DNA from: an uncultured Brevinematales bacterium
Lineage (GTDB): Bacteria > Spirochaetota > Brevinematia > Brevinematales > JAOACQ01
Direction of reading: 5' to 3'
Assembly (NCBI GenBank): GCA_964413265.1
Contig: CAYPRX010000073.1
Coordinates: forward strand, 88,883-152,882
DNA: 64,000 bases
In this document: positions 27,358 to 35,839 of the stretch, one piece after another
How positions within the stretch are numbered: position 1 is the first letter of the stretch
How the letters are laid out: the number at the start of each line of letters is the position of its first letter
Made by a program: the position numbers and the translations under genes
The notes under the pieces: model-generated
Database searches by the model: none
What the model saw: the letters and a program-made list of their open reading frames with translations, nothing else
What the model was told of the DNA's origin: nothing

Positions 27358-28656
27358 ATGGCTGAAATTGTGCCGTTCTCAGGGATATACTATAATCCTG
27401 AAAAGTCCAGTAAAATCGGTGATTTGATCTGCCCATCAACTGATTATCTGAATGAGGAATGGATTATTAAATTGAAGGAAAACGGTAATAACTTCTGTAA
27501 CGCCATATATAGTGAAGGAGAGGGGACTGGAAAATACAGGAGTTCAATTCATAAATTATATGGATGGCTGCTTCGAGATGTTCTTGTAGAAGACAAGACA
27601 CCTACTCTTTACATAATTGAGCAGAATGTCATGCTGACCGGAGTGGAATACAAGAGATATGGAATAATAGGGCTTTTAAGAATTGATGATTATGATGGTA
27701 AAATAAAAAAAGTTGAAAAAACGAATGAAAAATACAGGGATGATAAATTCAGTCTCATAAAAGAAACACAATTTAATCTGGAACCGGTAATCGGCCTTGT
27801 AAATGATAGTTCAAATTTACTTGAGTTGCTGCTTACTCCAAAAAAAGACGGAACAGTAAAATCATTGTTGAATTTTTCTGATATGAACGGAAACCTGAAT
27901 ATAATATACAGGATTGATGTTCCAGATTTGAGAGATGAAATTATCAGGTATTTATCCGATAAAGTGCTTTATATTATTGATAATAATAGATATGAGGCGG
28001 CATTGAAGTATAAAAATGAGGCTGCTTCAATGTTGAAGGAGAGGATTTCAGGAAAAGAACCATTCAATTATGTACTTGTGAATTTATTCAATGCTTATGA
28101 CAAAGGAATGCGCATTAATCCTGTAAGCAGACTTATTAAAGGCCTGAAAATGAAACCTGCTGATCTTATCAAAGAACTTTCTCAAAAATACAAGCTTTCG
28201 GCTATTCCATTCTCCGATCAGAATACCGAGAAACTGGCAGAGAGAAAATTGAGGATGATATTAAATGACAGCCTGACAAGTGGTGGTATTTCTTATGGCA
28301 TTTTATTGAAGGCTATCCCAGGTAAATATCTGATTCTGAATATGAGCATGTCATTAAGTAAGGATATGATAGATACTGAGGTTCTGGAATCAATGATTTT
28401 TAGCCCTTTGCTTGGTATTAAAGATGTGAAAAACGACGCATCAGTTGGTTATGCTTATAGCGACTCTGATGCTTACAGGTCTGTAAGTGAGGGGCAATTT
28501 GAAGCCGCCTTTTTGACGAATGAAATCAAAGCTGCTAAGCTCTTTGATCTTGCTGATAATGGGAAATTGATACCTTATAATTCTATAAGCCTTTACCCCA
28601 GGGTCATGAGCGGCGGAATGTCCTTTTCATACAAATATTCTAAGATCAGCTTATAG
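27358..28656 (+). CDS. DUF1015-family protein (function unknown)
   Basis: The N-terminus MAEIVPFSGIYYNPEK and the roughly 430-aa size resemble the conserved DUF1015 family. This call is from memory of the family pattern only. Confidence 0.5.
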   Translation: MAEIVPFSGIYYNPEKSSKIGDLICPSTDYLNEEWIIKLKENGNNFCNAIYSEGEGTGKYRSSIHKLYGWLLRDVLVEDKTPTLYIIEQNVMLTGVEYKRYGIIGLLRIDDYDGKIKKVEKTNEKYRDDKFSLIKETQFNLEPVIGLVNDSSNLLELLLTPKKDGTVKSLLNFSDMNGNLNIIYRIDVPDLRDEIIRYLSDKVLYIIDNNRYEAALKYKNEAASMLKERISGKEPFNYVLVNLFNAYDKGMRINPVSRLIKGLKMKPADLIKELSQKYKLSAIPFSDQNTEKLAERKLRMILNDSLTSGGISYGILLKAIPGKYLILNMSMSLSKDMIDTEVLESMIFSPLLGIKDVKNDASVGYAYSDSDAYRSVSEGQFEAAFLTNEIKAAKLFDLADNGKLIPYNSISLYPRVMSGGMSFSYKYSKISL

Positions 28657-28673
28657 GTCAAACGGAGGAATTA

Positions 28674-29507
28674 ATGAAAAAGTTAATAATAATCTTTATT
28701 GGTTTTCTTGTTATAGCTTTTGCCGGCTGTCAGAAAATACATCTGCCCTGGAGTAAAAAGTCATCTCCACAGACAAATGATTTATTCAGCGAAAATATCA
28801 GAGAAGATTTTTCTTCTACAAATACAAATAATGAACTGGCTGGAACTAATGAAAATATGACAGAATCTGTTAAGCCGGGGTATAGTACCAATCTTATGCC
28901 GTTAATTAATGAAAAAACTCAACTTACTGTAGAACCTGAAGTAGGAGAGAATGTTAAAACTATTGTTAGTAATGAATCCCAGAGTAATACAACAATCAGC
29001 AGCACAGAGTCAAAAAAGGAAAAAACGGTTGCTGTTAATGCAGTAAAAAAGATCAGGTTTAAAAATAAGATGAAAAAGGAAAAGAATATAAAAGAAGTAT
29101 TCATTGAAAGTGAAAAGTCAAAAAGCGGGCTCATAATACTGATAGGAAGCGGCACTATAAACCAGAATGCAGCTCCCAGAAAATCCATCAAGATGACTTT
29201 TGTTGCAGTAACAAAATCAAGGGAATACAAATACTGCGATTTCATTATATATGCCATACCGGTTGGAAAGGGGAAGATGCTGGAGAGTGATCATATAATC
29301 GGTGAGGTTGATAATATCGATTTTGTTAACGGGCAGGCTCAATACACAAAATTCTGGAATGGTAAAAATATTGATGATGATTTTTTACTTCAGGATGATT
29401 ACAATATATTCGCAGTTTGTAAATTAAAAAACACCAAATATGAAGTTTTAAAAAAAGAAGGCCGATATTGGGGTATGGCAGATAAATATTATATAAGTCT
29501 GAAATAA
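28674..29507 (+). CDS. Lipoprotein, function unknown
   Basis: It has a signal peptide with a lipobox (VIAFAGC). The N-terminal half is low-complexity and Ser/Thr/Asn/Lys-rich. The C-terminal half is beta-rich. Confidence 0.5.
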   Translation: MKKLIIIFIGFLVIAFAGCQKIHLPWSKKSSPQTNDLFSENIREDFSSTNTNNELAGTNENMTESVKPGYSTNLMPLINEKTQLTVEPEVGENVKTIVSNESQSNTTISSTESKKEKTVAVNAVKKIRFKNKMKKEKNIKEVFIESEKSKSGLIILIGSGTINQNAAPRKSIKMTFVAVTKSREYKYCDFIIYAIPVGKGKMLESDHIIGEVDNIDFVNGQAQYTKFWNGKNIDDDFLLQDDYNIFAVCKLKNTKYEVLKKEGRYWGMADKYYISLK

Positions 29508-29567
29508 AAATATAATATAATTAAAGGATTTAATATTATAAATTATTAAATTTGTATTAAAAAACTC

Positions 29568-29596
29568 TTTACATAAGTTTTTTTGTATATTAAAAT
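29568..29596 (+). promoter_or_regulatory. Candidate sigma-70 promoter upstream of panD
   Basis: TTTACA (29568-73), a 17-nt spacer, then TAAAAT (29591-96). Confidence 0.35.
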
Positions 29597-29624
29597 AAAT
29601 AAGGGTTGAGGGGCTTAATTATTG

Positions 29625-29981
29625 ATGTTGCTGACAGTTTTGAGAGCTAAAATACATAGGGCTGTAGTAACAGAAACGAATCTGGAATATATAGGAAGTA
29701 TTACAATAGATGAAAGCCTTATGGAGGCTTCGGGAATATATTCATATGAACAGGTTCATGTCTGGAATTTAACTAATGGGTCCAGGCTTGTTACTTACGC
29801 TATTCCCGGGAAAGCTGGCAGCGGCATTGTATGTCTGAACGGAGCTGGCGCACATTTAAACAGGGTAGGTGACAGGATTATTATAGCTGCGTTCGGGCTT
29901 ATTGATGAACAGGATGCGCCAGGAATTAAGGCTAAGATCATAATTGTTGATAATGAAAATAAAGTGAAGCAAATTTTATAA
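29625..29981 (+). CDS. panD: Aspartate 1-decarboxylase
   Basis: MLLTVLRAKIHRAVVTETNLEYIGSITIDE contains the G-S self-processing site. VWNLTNGSRLVTYAIPG is also typical. Confidence 0.9.
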   Translation: MLLTVLRAKIHRAVVTETNLEYIGSITIDESLMEASGIYSYEQVHVWNLTNGSRLVTYAIPGKAGSGIVCLNGAGAHLNRVGDRIIIAAFGLIDEQDAPGIKAKIIIVDNENKVKQIL

Positions 29982-30008
29982 AACAAAATAAGATCTAAGG
30001 AGAGGTCT

Positions 30009-30863
30009 ATGGGTAGCAAGGGACATGTTGGTTTAATATCGTTATTTTTGTTTCTGTCATTTGTTATAATATGTAAAACAAGTCTATTTTCCTTCAACAT
30101 AGGCGGAGGAAGGCAGGCTGCTGTTAATCTACAGACCCTGGTAGTATCTGATTTCGGGAATGATAGTGACCAGTCAAATAATATCAAATGGAATGCTAAA
30201 TTCTCAAGGTTTGCGAAACCTATAGATCCCAATCAGGAGAACAGTCCTGCGGACCCTAAAGCCTGTGGTGTAACATATGTTGAAGCGAAACCCCTCGGTC
30301 TTCCGCAGTATATTGATGCTCGAGAGAAATGGTCTCTTGGGATTAAAGCACAATTTACTAGAAAAGGCTATAACTGGATTGAAGTCTACCCCGTTAAAGG
30401 CAGTGCCGGAAGCGAGACTGCAAAACAGACAGTAACAATTGCAAGCAATCAGACTAACATTTCTCCAGGCCAGCCCTCAGTTTCAGAGGGTGGGAATGTG
30501 ATCAGTCCTATATCGCTGCCCGGCCAGATAAAGAGCATGGATATGTGGGTTTGGGGTGGAAATTATCATTATTGGATGGAGTTTTACCTGGTTGATTATA
30601 AAGGCTATTTAAACAGGCTTACAGCGGGGGATATAGATTTTGTCGGATGGAAAAATGTTGCGCTCAAAATACCAGATTATGTTCCTCAGGCAGAAATGCA
30701 TGTACCGTTCCTGAAATCACTGAGCCTGCAAATGATTAAACTCTGGTCCTATCCCACCGAAAGAGTTGATCAGTTTTACTGCTATTTTAACTATCTCCAG
30801 GTACAGACAGATGTTTATGTTGAGCGTTTCAACGGTGATGATCTGGCCAATAAAAGATGGTAA
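30009..30863 (+). CDS. flaA: Flagellar filament outer-layer (sheath) protein FlaA, paralogue 1
   Basis: A signal peptide is present. The blocks TLVVSDF, LGIKAQFTRKGYNWIEVYP, IKSMDMWVWGGNYHYWMEFYLVDYKGY...FVGWKNVALKIP and CYFNYLQV align by eye with the treponemal FlaA blocks (LGVRVLFP..., LKSIAVNTYGMNYPHGLYVMMRD...FDSWKELVW). Confidence 0.8.
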   Translation: MGSKGHVGLISLFLFLSFVIICKTSLFSFNIGGGRQAAVNLQTLVVSDFGNDSDQSNNIKWNAKFSRFAKPIDPNQENSPADPKACGVTYVEAKPLGLPQYIDAREKWSLGIKAQFTRKGYNWIEVYPVKGSAGSETAKQTVTIASNQTNISPGQPSVSEGGNVISPISLPGQIKSMDMWVWGGNYHYWMEFYLVDYKGYLNRLTAGDIDFVGWKNVALKIPDYVPQAEMHVPFLKSLSLQMIKLWSYPTERVDQFYCYFNYLQVQTDVYVERFNGDDLANKRW

Positions 30864-30883
30864 TATAGGCGGAGGAAAAGTTT

Positions 30884-31633
30884 ATGAAATTGAAATTATT
30901 TCTGATAACATTATTTCTGGTTATATGCGGTATATCTTTTTCACAGCAGATGAATAACACCAATGCCCCTGGAGGAAACATACAGAATAATATTTTAAAT
31001 AGAACAACTGAGATGACGGTTATAAATACAAATGTTAATGAGAATACCAATAAAACTACTGCAACAGAACTTGTACAAACAATCCTTGTTGAGGATTTCG
31101 AAGAAGCAGGTGAGTGGACTGCTTTTATGCCCAGGGATTTTGGTGTGGCGAGTGCAATGAGAAGGGAAGGAGGTCCGAAGGATCTTGTCAGCGAGAAAAA
31201 CAAGTATGTGCTTGGAATTAAAGTAGAATTTATGAAAAGGGACTGGAGCTGGGTCAGCATAGTTCCCGCAAGGCCCATTAAAATCAAGGGGATAACAAAG
31301 ACTGTTTCGGTGTGGGTGGTTGGAAGAAATTTCAAGCATACACTTTTCCTTGTATTGAAGGATTATATGCAAAACACCAAGTTTTTAAAGGCAGATAAGA
31401 TGATCTGGGTTGGCTGGAAGCAGGTTAACATCAATATTCCTGATACTATCGATCAGGAAAATTACAAGATTTCCGAAGAAAGGGGAATTACTTTTGTAGG
31501 TTTTAGAATTGAATTTGACCCCGATGACGAGATTGGAAGGCCTTTTTATACATATTTTGATTATATGACAGCAGATACTGACTTATTCAGCGAAAAGAAC
31601 CAGAACCCGGATGATATGGTCGACAACTGGTAA
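30884..31633 (+). CDS. flaA: Flagellar filament outer-layer (sheath) protein FlaA, paralogue 2
   Basis: It shows the same blocks as the upstream ORF: ILVEDFEE, LGIKVEFMKRDWSWVSIVP, TKTVSVWVVGRNFKHTLFLVLKDY...WVGWKQVNINIP and TYFDYMTADTD. A GGAGG ribosome-binding site lies upstream. Confidence 0.8.
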   Translation: MKLKLFLITLFLVICGISFSQQMNNTNAPGGNIQNNILNRTTEMTVINTNVNENTNKTTATELVQTILVEDFEEAGEWTAFMPRDFGVASAMRREGGPKDLVSEKNKYVLGIKVEFMKRDWSWVSIVPARPIKIKGITKTVSVWVVGRNFKHTLFLVLKDYMQNTKFLKADKMIWVGWKQVNINIPDTIDQENYKISEERGITFVGFRIEFDPDDEIGRPFYTYFDYMTADTDLFSEKNQNPDDMVDNW

Positions 31634-31683
31634 ATTTTTTGATAGATTGTTATTAACGAAATAATTTTTTTAAAATAATTAAA

Positions 31684-31713
31684 AAAGGCTATGGATTTAT
31701 CCATGGCCTTTTT
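31684..31713 (+). terminator. Rho-independent terminator after flaA paralogue 2
   Basis: The 11-bp stem AAAGGCTATGG / CCATGGCCTTT includes one G-U pair. The loop is ATTTAT and the hairpin runs into TTTTT. Confidence 0.7.
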
Positions 31714-31721
31714 CCTTAAAG

Positions 31722-32771
31722 ATGGTGTATATGAAAGGAATTTTTGAAATTATGGCAGTATTGGGTATCATTATCCTTCTTTTATCCTGCGGGGAAAATA
31801 AAGTGAAACCAACCAATTATAATAATACAAATAGTATCAATCCGGTAACTTTATATAATAAAAATGCTGAAAACTTAAGCCTCACACTTATTAAGACTCT
31901 TGAAGATCATTATTTGTATGTTTTTTATGTCTCTTTTTCTCCGGATGAAAGACTTATTGCATCCGGAAGTGCTGATAAGACTGTAATAATTAACGACTGT
32001 TCTTCCTGGAAAGTAGTAAACGTCATGAAGGAAAATTATTACGATCTCTGGGGAATACCGGTAAAATTTTCCCCTGATGGTAATTATATTGTTTACGGAT
32101 CTTATGAAACACTTAAAATAGTCTCTGTAAGGAATTTTAAGGAGATCACGAATGCTTATGCGCATAAAAAGGGTATACAATCGCTTGATATTTCCCCAAA
32201 TGGGCAGTATATTATATCCGCTGGAGTTGACGGTCAGTTAAGGGTATGGGGCGTACCGGATCTTAAACCTATAACCAATGTATTAGGCCATGATAAAGAG
32301 GTATGGAGTACCTGCATATCGGCAGACGGCAAATTTGCAGTGAGTGGTGGCGAGGATGGATTTTTAAAGGTTTGGAAATTCCCTTCTCTTGAACTGCAAA
32401 GCGCGGTAAAATATCATCAAAAGTCCATAGAATATGTAAGTATTTCACCGCTGCAAAAATACATACTATGTGCAAGCGCTGATTCAACAATAAGCATATG
32501 GAAATGGGGAGAATACCAGGCACCATACCGGGTTCTGACCGGTCATAAAGGCAGTGTACCTGTAGCTATATTTTCCAGTAATGAAAACCTGATATTCTCT
32601 GGAGGACAGGATGATTGCATTGATATTTTTGATATTGAAAAGGGAACTATGATATATAATCTTAAAGCACATAACGGCGACATATTGACCCTCTGCCTGA
32701 GTCCGGATGGAAAGTTTCTTGCATCGGGATCAAGGGACAGAACTGTAAAAGTATGGCAGTTTAATAAATGA
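31722..32771 (+). CDS. WD40-repeat (beta-propeller) lipoprotein
   Basis: It has a signal peptide with a lipobox (IILLLSCGENK). Repeated WD units are visible (ASGSADKTVIIND, SAGVDGQLRVWG, SGGEDGFLKVWK, SADSTISIWK, SGGQDDCIDIFD, SGSRDRTVKVWQ). The ATG at 31731 is an alternative start. Confidence 0.8.
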   Translation: MVYMKGIFEIMAVLGIIILLLSCGENKVKPTNYNNTNSINPVTLYNKNAENLSLTLIKTLEDHYLYVFYVSFSPDERLIASGSADKTVIINDCSSWKVVNVMKENYYDLWGIPVKFSPDGNYIVYGSYETLKIVSVRNFKEITNAYAHKKGIQSLDISPNGQYIISAGVDGQLRVWGVPDLKPITNVLGHDKEVWSTCISADGKFAVSGGEDGFLKVWKFPSLELQSAVKYHQKSIEYVSISPLQKYILCASADSTISIWKWGEYQAPYRVLTGHKGSVPVAIFSSNENLIFSGGQDDCIDIFDIEKGTMIYNLKAHNGDILTLCLSPDGKFLASGSRDRTVKVWQFNK

Positions 32772-32796
32772 AAAGCTTATCATTAAAGGGGGTTCA

Positions 32797-34041
32797 GTGG
32801 AAAAGATAATAACACAGCGCAATGAAATCGTGTCGGTTCTTAATAATATAAGAATAAAACATCTATCAGTTATTGTAAAGGAAGACGAGAAGAATTTTAT
32901 GATTACTGGCTTTATCACGAAAGCAGATACTAATTCAATATCTATTTTTTTTGAAAAAATCCCGGATTATATACCTCTGAAAAACCTGAAAATTTCCTTT
33001 GATTACAACAGGAATTTTTATACTTCGGATAATACCGGTGTAAAACAATTAAATCTTCCTGTTAAAAACATTGAAATTTACCTGCCCGAAAAATTTATGT
33101 ACCACCCCATAAGAAAGTTCACACGTGTGGATATTTCCGACTCCCTTATGTTTAATATAAAAAAGGTTGATAAGAATCCTGGTGACGGAACTTCAGGGTT
33201 AAACATCGACGAACTTCCTGCGACACTGAGAAACATTTATCTTGAATTACAGACTGATTCGCCTGATATGAAAAAGATAGTCGGTATGGTAGGTGATGAA
33301 CTTACCAGGTATTCTAACCGTTTCAGGATAAACCTTTTTAAGGATTTGTCGACATTATCTCCGATTGAAAAGGTTGTAAACATTTATAAAAAGACATTTT
33401 GGATCGGTGATACTGATAATCTCAGTAATTATCTGCATCTCGGAGATAAGTACAGTGTTATCGGTTACGAAAAATATTTCGATATGGTTAAAAAAACCGC
33501 AGCACCTGATATTCTGGAACAGATCAGACAGAATTATCTGTCGAAAGGAATCAATTCGTATGCAATGGTTCCTATCATAGTCGGCGAAAGAGTGGTCGGC
33601 GTTATTGAAGTTTCTGTTCCAAATGAATCTCCTTTTAAAAAACTTACAATTTACGAAATATTCTATATAAAGGGATTGGCAGATATTCTCGGTGAAATAA
33701 TCGTTAAAAGCCATGGTGAGACAATTAAAGAAAGTTCAGATTTCAAGATAATGGATCTATCTGTCGGCGGCATACTGGCTAATACTAAAAACGTTTACCT
33801 GACCCATTCAATAAAAGAAAATAACATTGTAATGGTTAATATTAAAGCCGATAATAAGGAAATTGATATTCCATCGAGGGTTGTAAGATACCATTATATG
33901 CCGGGCGATAACGCCGGATTAAACGTAGCTTTTGAGTTTATTTATGATCAGGATTCAAAGAAAAACGATCTGACAGCCTTTATTAAAAAATATGTAAAGT
34001 ATATGGCAGGCGGTGATCAGAAAACTGAACAGAAAAAGTAA
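32797..34041 (+). CDS. PilZN-like / GAF-like / PilZ-like multidomain protein (putative c-di-GMP effector)
   Basis: It uses a GTG start after an AAAGGGGG ribosome-binding site. RxxxR (RKFTR, about aa 106-110) follows a YcgR-N-like segment. The central part is GAF-like (YAMVPIIVGERVVGVIEVSVP). DxSxxG (DLSVGG, about aa 320-325) lies in a C-terminal beta-rich domain. Confidence 0.4.
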   Translation: MEKIITQRNEIVSVLNNIRIKHLSVIVKEDEKNFMITGFITKADTNSISIFFEKIPDYIPLKNLKISFDYNRNFYTSDNTGVKQLNLPVKNIEIYLPEKFMYHPIRKFTRVDISDSLMFNIKKVDKNPGDGTSGLNIDELPATLRNIYLELQTDSPDMKKIVGMVGDELTRYSNRFRINLFKDLSTLSPIEKVVNIYKKTFWIGDTDNLSNYLHLGDKYSVIGYEKYFDMVKKTAAPDILEQIRQNYLSKGINSYAMVPIIVGERVVGVIEVSVPNESPFKKLTIYEIFYIKGLADILGEIIVKSHGETIKESSDFKIMDLSVGGILANTKNVYLTHSIKENNIVMVNIKADNKEIDIPSRVVRYHYMPGDNAGLNVAFEFIYDQDSKKNDLTAFIKKYVKYMAGGDQKTEQKK

Positions 34042-34069
34042 ATCAACAAAAAAATAAGCTGGAAAGGTA

Positions 34070-34555
34070 TTAATCATTTTCATCGCTTATGATAGCGTTG
34101 ATCAGATTGACATTGTCCTGATTGATTTTTCTGAATTTTAGTGCAAGAGATTTAGCTATTTCCTTTATTATGTAATAACCGATTTCCGGTTTTTCCGTAC
34201 ACAGATTTTCAAAATCATCTTTTTTTATTATATAACATTCAGTATCGGTCAGAGCAACGACGGTTGCTGAACGTAAATCATTATCCATCAGTGCAATTTC
34301 CCCAAAAAATACATTCATGTTATCATATAGAATGTCTACAACAAAGCTGTCCTTATAAAGTGTTTTTTTTTCAATTTTTACACTTCCCTTGTTAAGAATA
34401 TACATCTTGTCGCCAACTTCACCTTCTATGATTATACTCTCCCCTGTTTTATAATTCTCAGTTTTTATTATACTGCTTATCTTTTCCAGGATGAGGCTAT
34501 TGTCTTTAATATCCGAAAAGATCGAAATTGTTTTTAATCTTTCAATAATGTTCAT
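34070..34555 (-). CDS. Stand-alone cyclic-nucleotide-binding (CNB/CAP-type) domain protein
   Basis: IIIEGEVGDKMYILNKGSV ... FFGEIALMDNDLRSATVVA is the canonical cNMP-binding cassette. The protein is 161 aa with no output domain. Confidence 0.8.
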   Translation of the reverse strand: MNIIERLKTISIFSDIKDNSLILEKISSIIKTENYKTGESIIIEGEVGDKMYILNKGSVKIEKKTLYKDSFVVDILYDNMNVFFGEIALMDNDLRSATVVALTDTECYIIKKDDFENLCTEKPEIGYYIIKEIAKSLALKFRKINQDNVNLINAIISDEND

Positions 34556-35790
34556 AACTTCTTCTCTCGTTCGATTAAAACAGCCAGAGAATTGTATGGA
34601 ACCGCATAATTATCTGCAGGATTTATATTTGGAAGATAATTTTCCATTTTTTTCGCCGAATTTAAATTGCTTATTAGTTTAGAAATATCTGCAGTTTTCT
34701 GCGCCTCTCTTATAGCCTCTTTTTTCCTCTCTATGTAGCTGCCAACATTTTCAAGTAGGCCGATAAGCAGGGCTTTTGTTTTTTCTTTATAATAATTCCT
34801 CAGCTCTGCGAAGTTCTGTCCAATGTATGAAGAGGGGATTTTAGCAGTCGTTATGAAACCGGGCAACTGCGCATTAAGAAGATTATTGATAATTTTCGTA
34901 ATACCTACCTGGGTCAGGGAATTAGCGATTAGCACCTTATTGTATTCATTTGTATAAATAATCTCCTCGACATGAGCCGATTTAAGATATTTCTCAAATT
35001 TTTTATCCATAATTTCAGCACTTACCTTGATGCTATTCGAAATAGAATTGATTGCCATCGCTGCCATGACTGTCTTTGAATCAGCTTCACTTGGTGTTGA
35101 TGATGAACTTTCGTCTGAGAGTATAACTACCCTGCTTGCTCTCTGGACATTAGCTTTTTTAAGAAGAGCTTCGTTGTAATAATCACCCCTCAGGATTGTT
35201 ATCTGCTGATAATCAGGGTACTGCTGGTAGAATAATTCAATCTCTTCCGGCTCGATGTTCGCAATAATTATGATCTTTTTCAGATCTAAATTAGGATTTT
35301 GAAAAACGATTTCAGACAGGATCTGGTTCATGGCATTTTTCCATCCGCAGATTATATAATGTTCGCTCAGTTCTTTTAGGTTCATAATACCTCTCCTTTC
35401 CATGAGTTTTTTTGTTGTAAGGGCCGATGCTAGATTTGCTGTAAACAGGGATACAGTAGCTATACTGAGATAAAGTACGACTATTACTAGTATTTTTCCG
35501 GCCGGTGATACTGGAACGATATCGCCGTAACCGGCTGTTGAGATAGTCACTATAGCCCAATAAAGTGCTGTAATTACCTGATTATACACAGACATTTTTT
35601 CACCGCTGATGGCGCTCACTATCCTGCCGTATTCTAAGGCCATAAAAAGCACTCCTGATATGACCATAAGGCAGAATATCACTAGAAAATATGTGAATAC
35701 GCGTTCTTTTTTAAAGAGGTAGTAAAAAATCCTGATCTCGCTCACAAAGCCCGAAAAAAATGCTGAAACTTTTGATATGATTCTATTCAT
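34552..35790 (-). CDS. 2-TM potassium channel with cytoplasmic RCK/TrkA-N-like domain
   Basis: The pore helix and selectivity filter read WAIVTISTAGYGDIVP, flanked by two TM helices. An RCK-like domain follows (HYIICGWKNAMNQIL ... VVILSDES). Confidence 0.8.
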   Translation of the reverse strand: MNRIISKVSAFFSGFVSEIRIFYYLFKKERVFTYFLVIFCLMVISGVLFMALEYGRIVSAISGEKMSVYNQVITALYWAIVTISTAGYGDIVPVSPAGKILVIVVLYLSIATVSLFTANLASALTTKKLMERRGIMNLKELSEHYIICGWKNAMNQILSEIVFQNPNLDLKKIIIIANIEPEEIELFYQQYPDYQQITILRGDYYNEALLKKANVQRASRVVILSDESSSSTPSEADSKTVMAAMAINSISNSIKVSAEIMDKKFEKYLKSAHVEEIIYTNEYNKVLIANSLTQVGITKIINNLLNAQLPGFITTAKIPSSYIGQNFAELRNYYKEKTKALLIGLLENVGSYIERKKEAIREAQKTADISKLISNLNSAKKMENYLPNINPADNYAVPYNSLAVLIEREKKL

Positions 35791-35839
35791 AGTATCTTAT
35801 TATCGGAATAGGGATTAAGAAAATTGAAAACAAGATCCT

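Noticed and set aside
29511-29540. An all-A/T inverted repeat after the lipoprotein gene was considered as a possible terminator.
   Set aside because: It consists only of A-T pairs, has a 3-nt bulge and has no following T-run. It is too weak to call.
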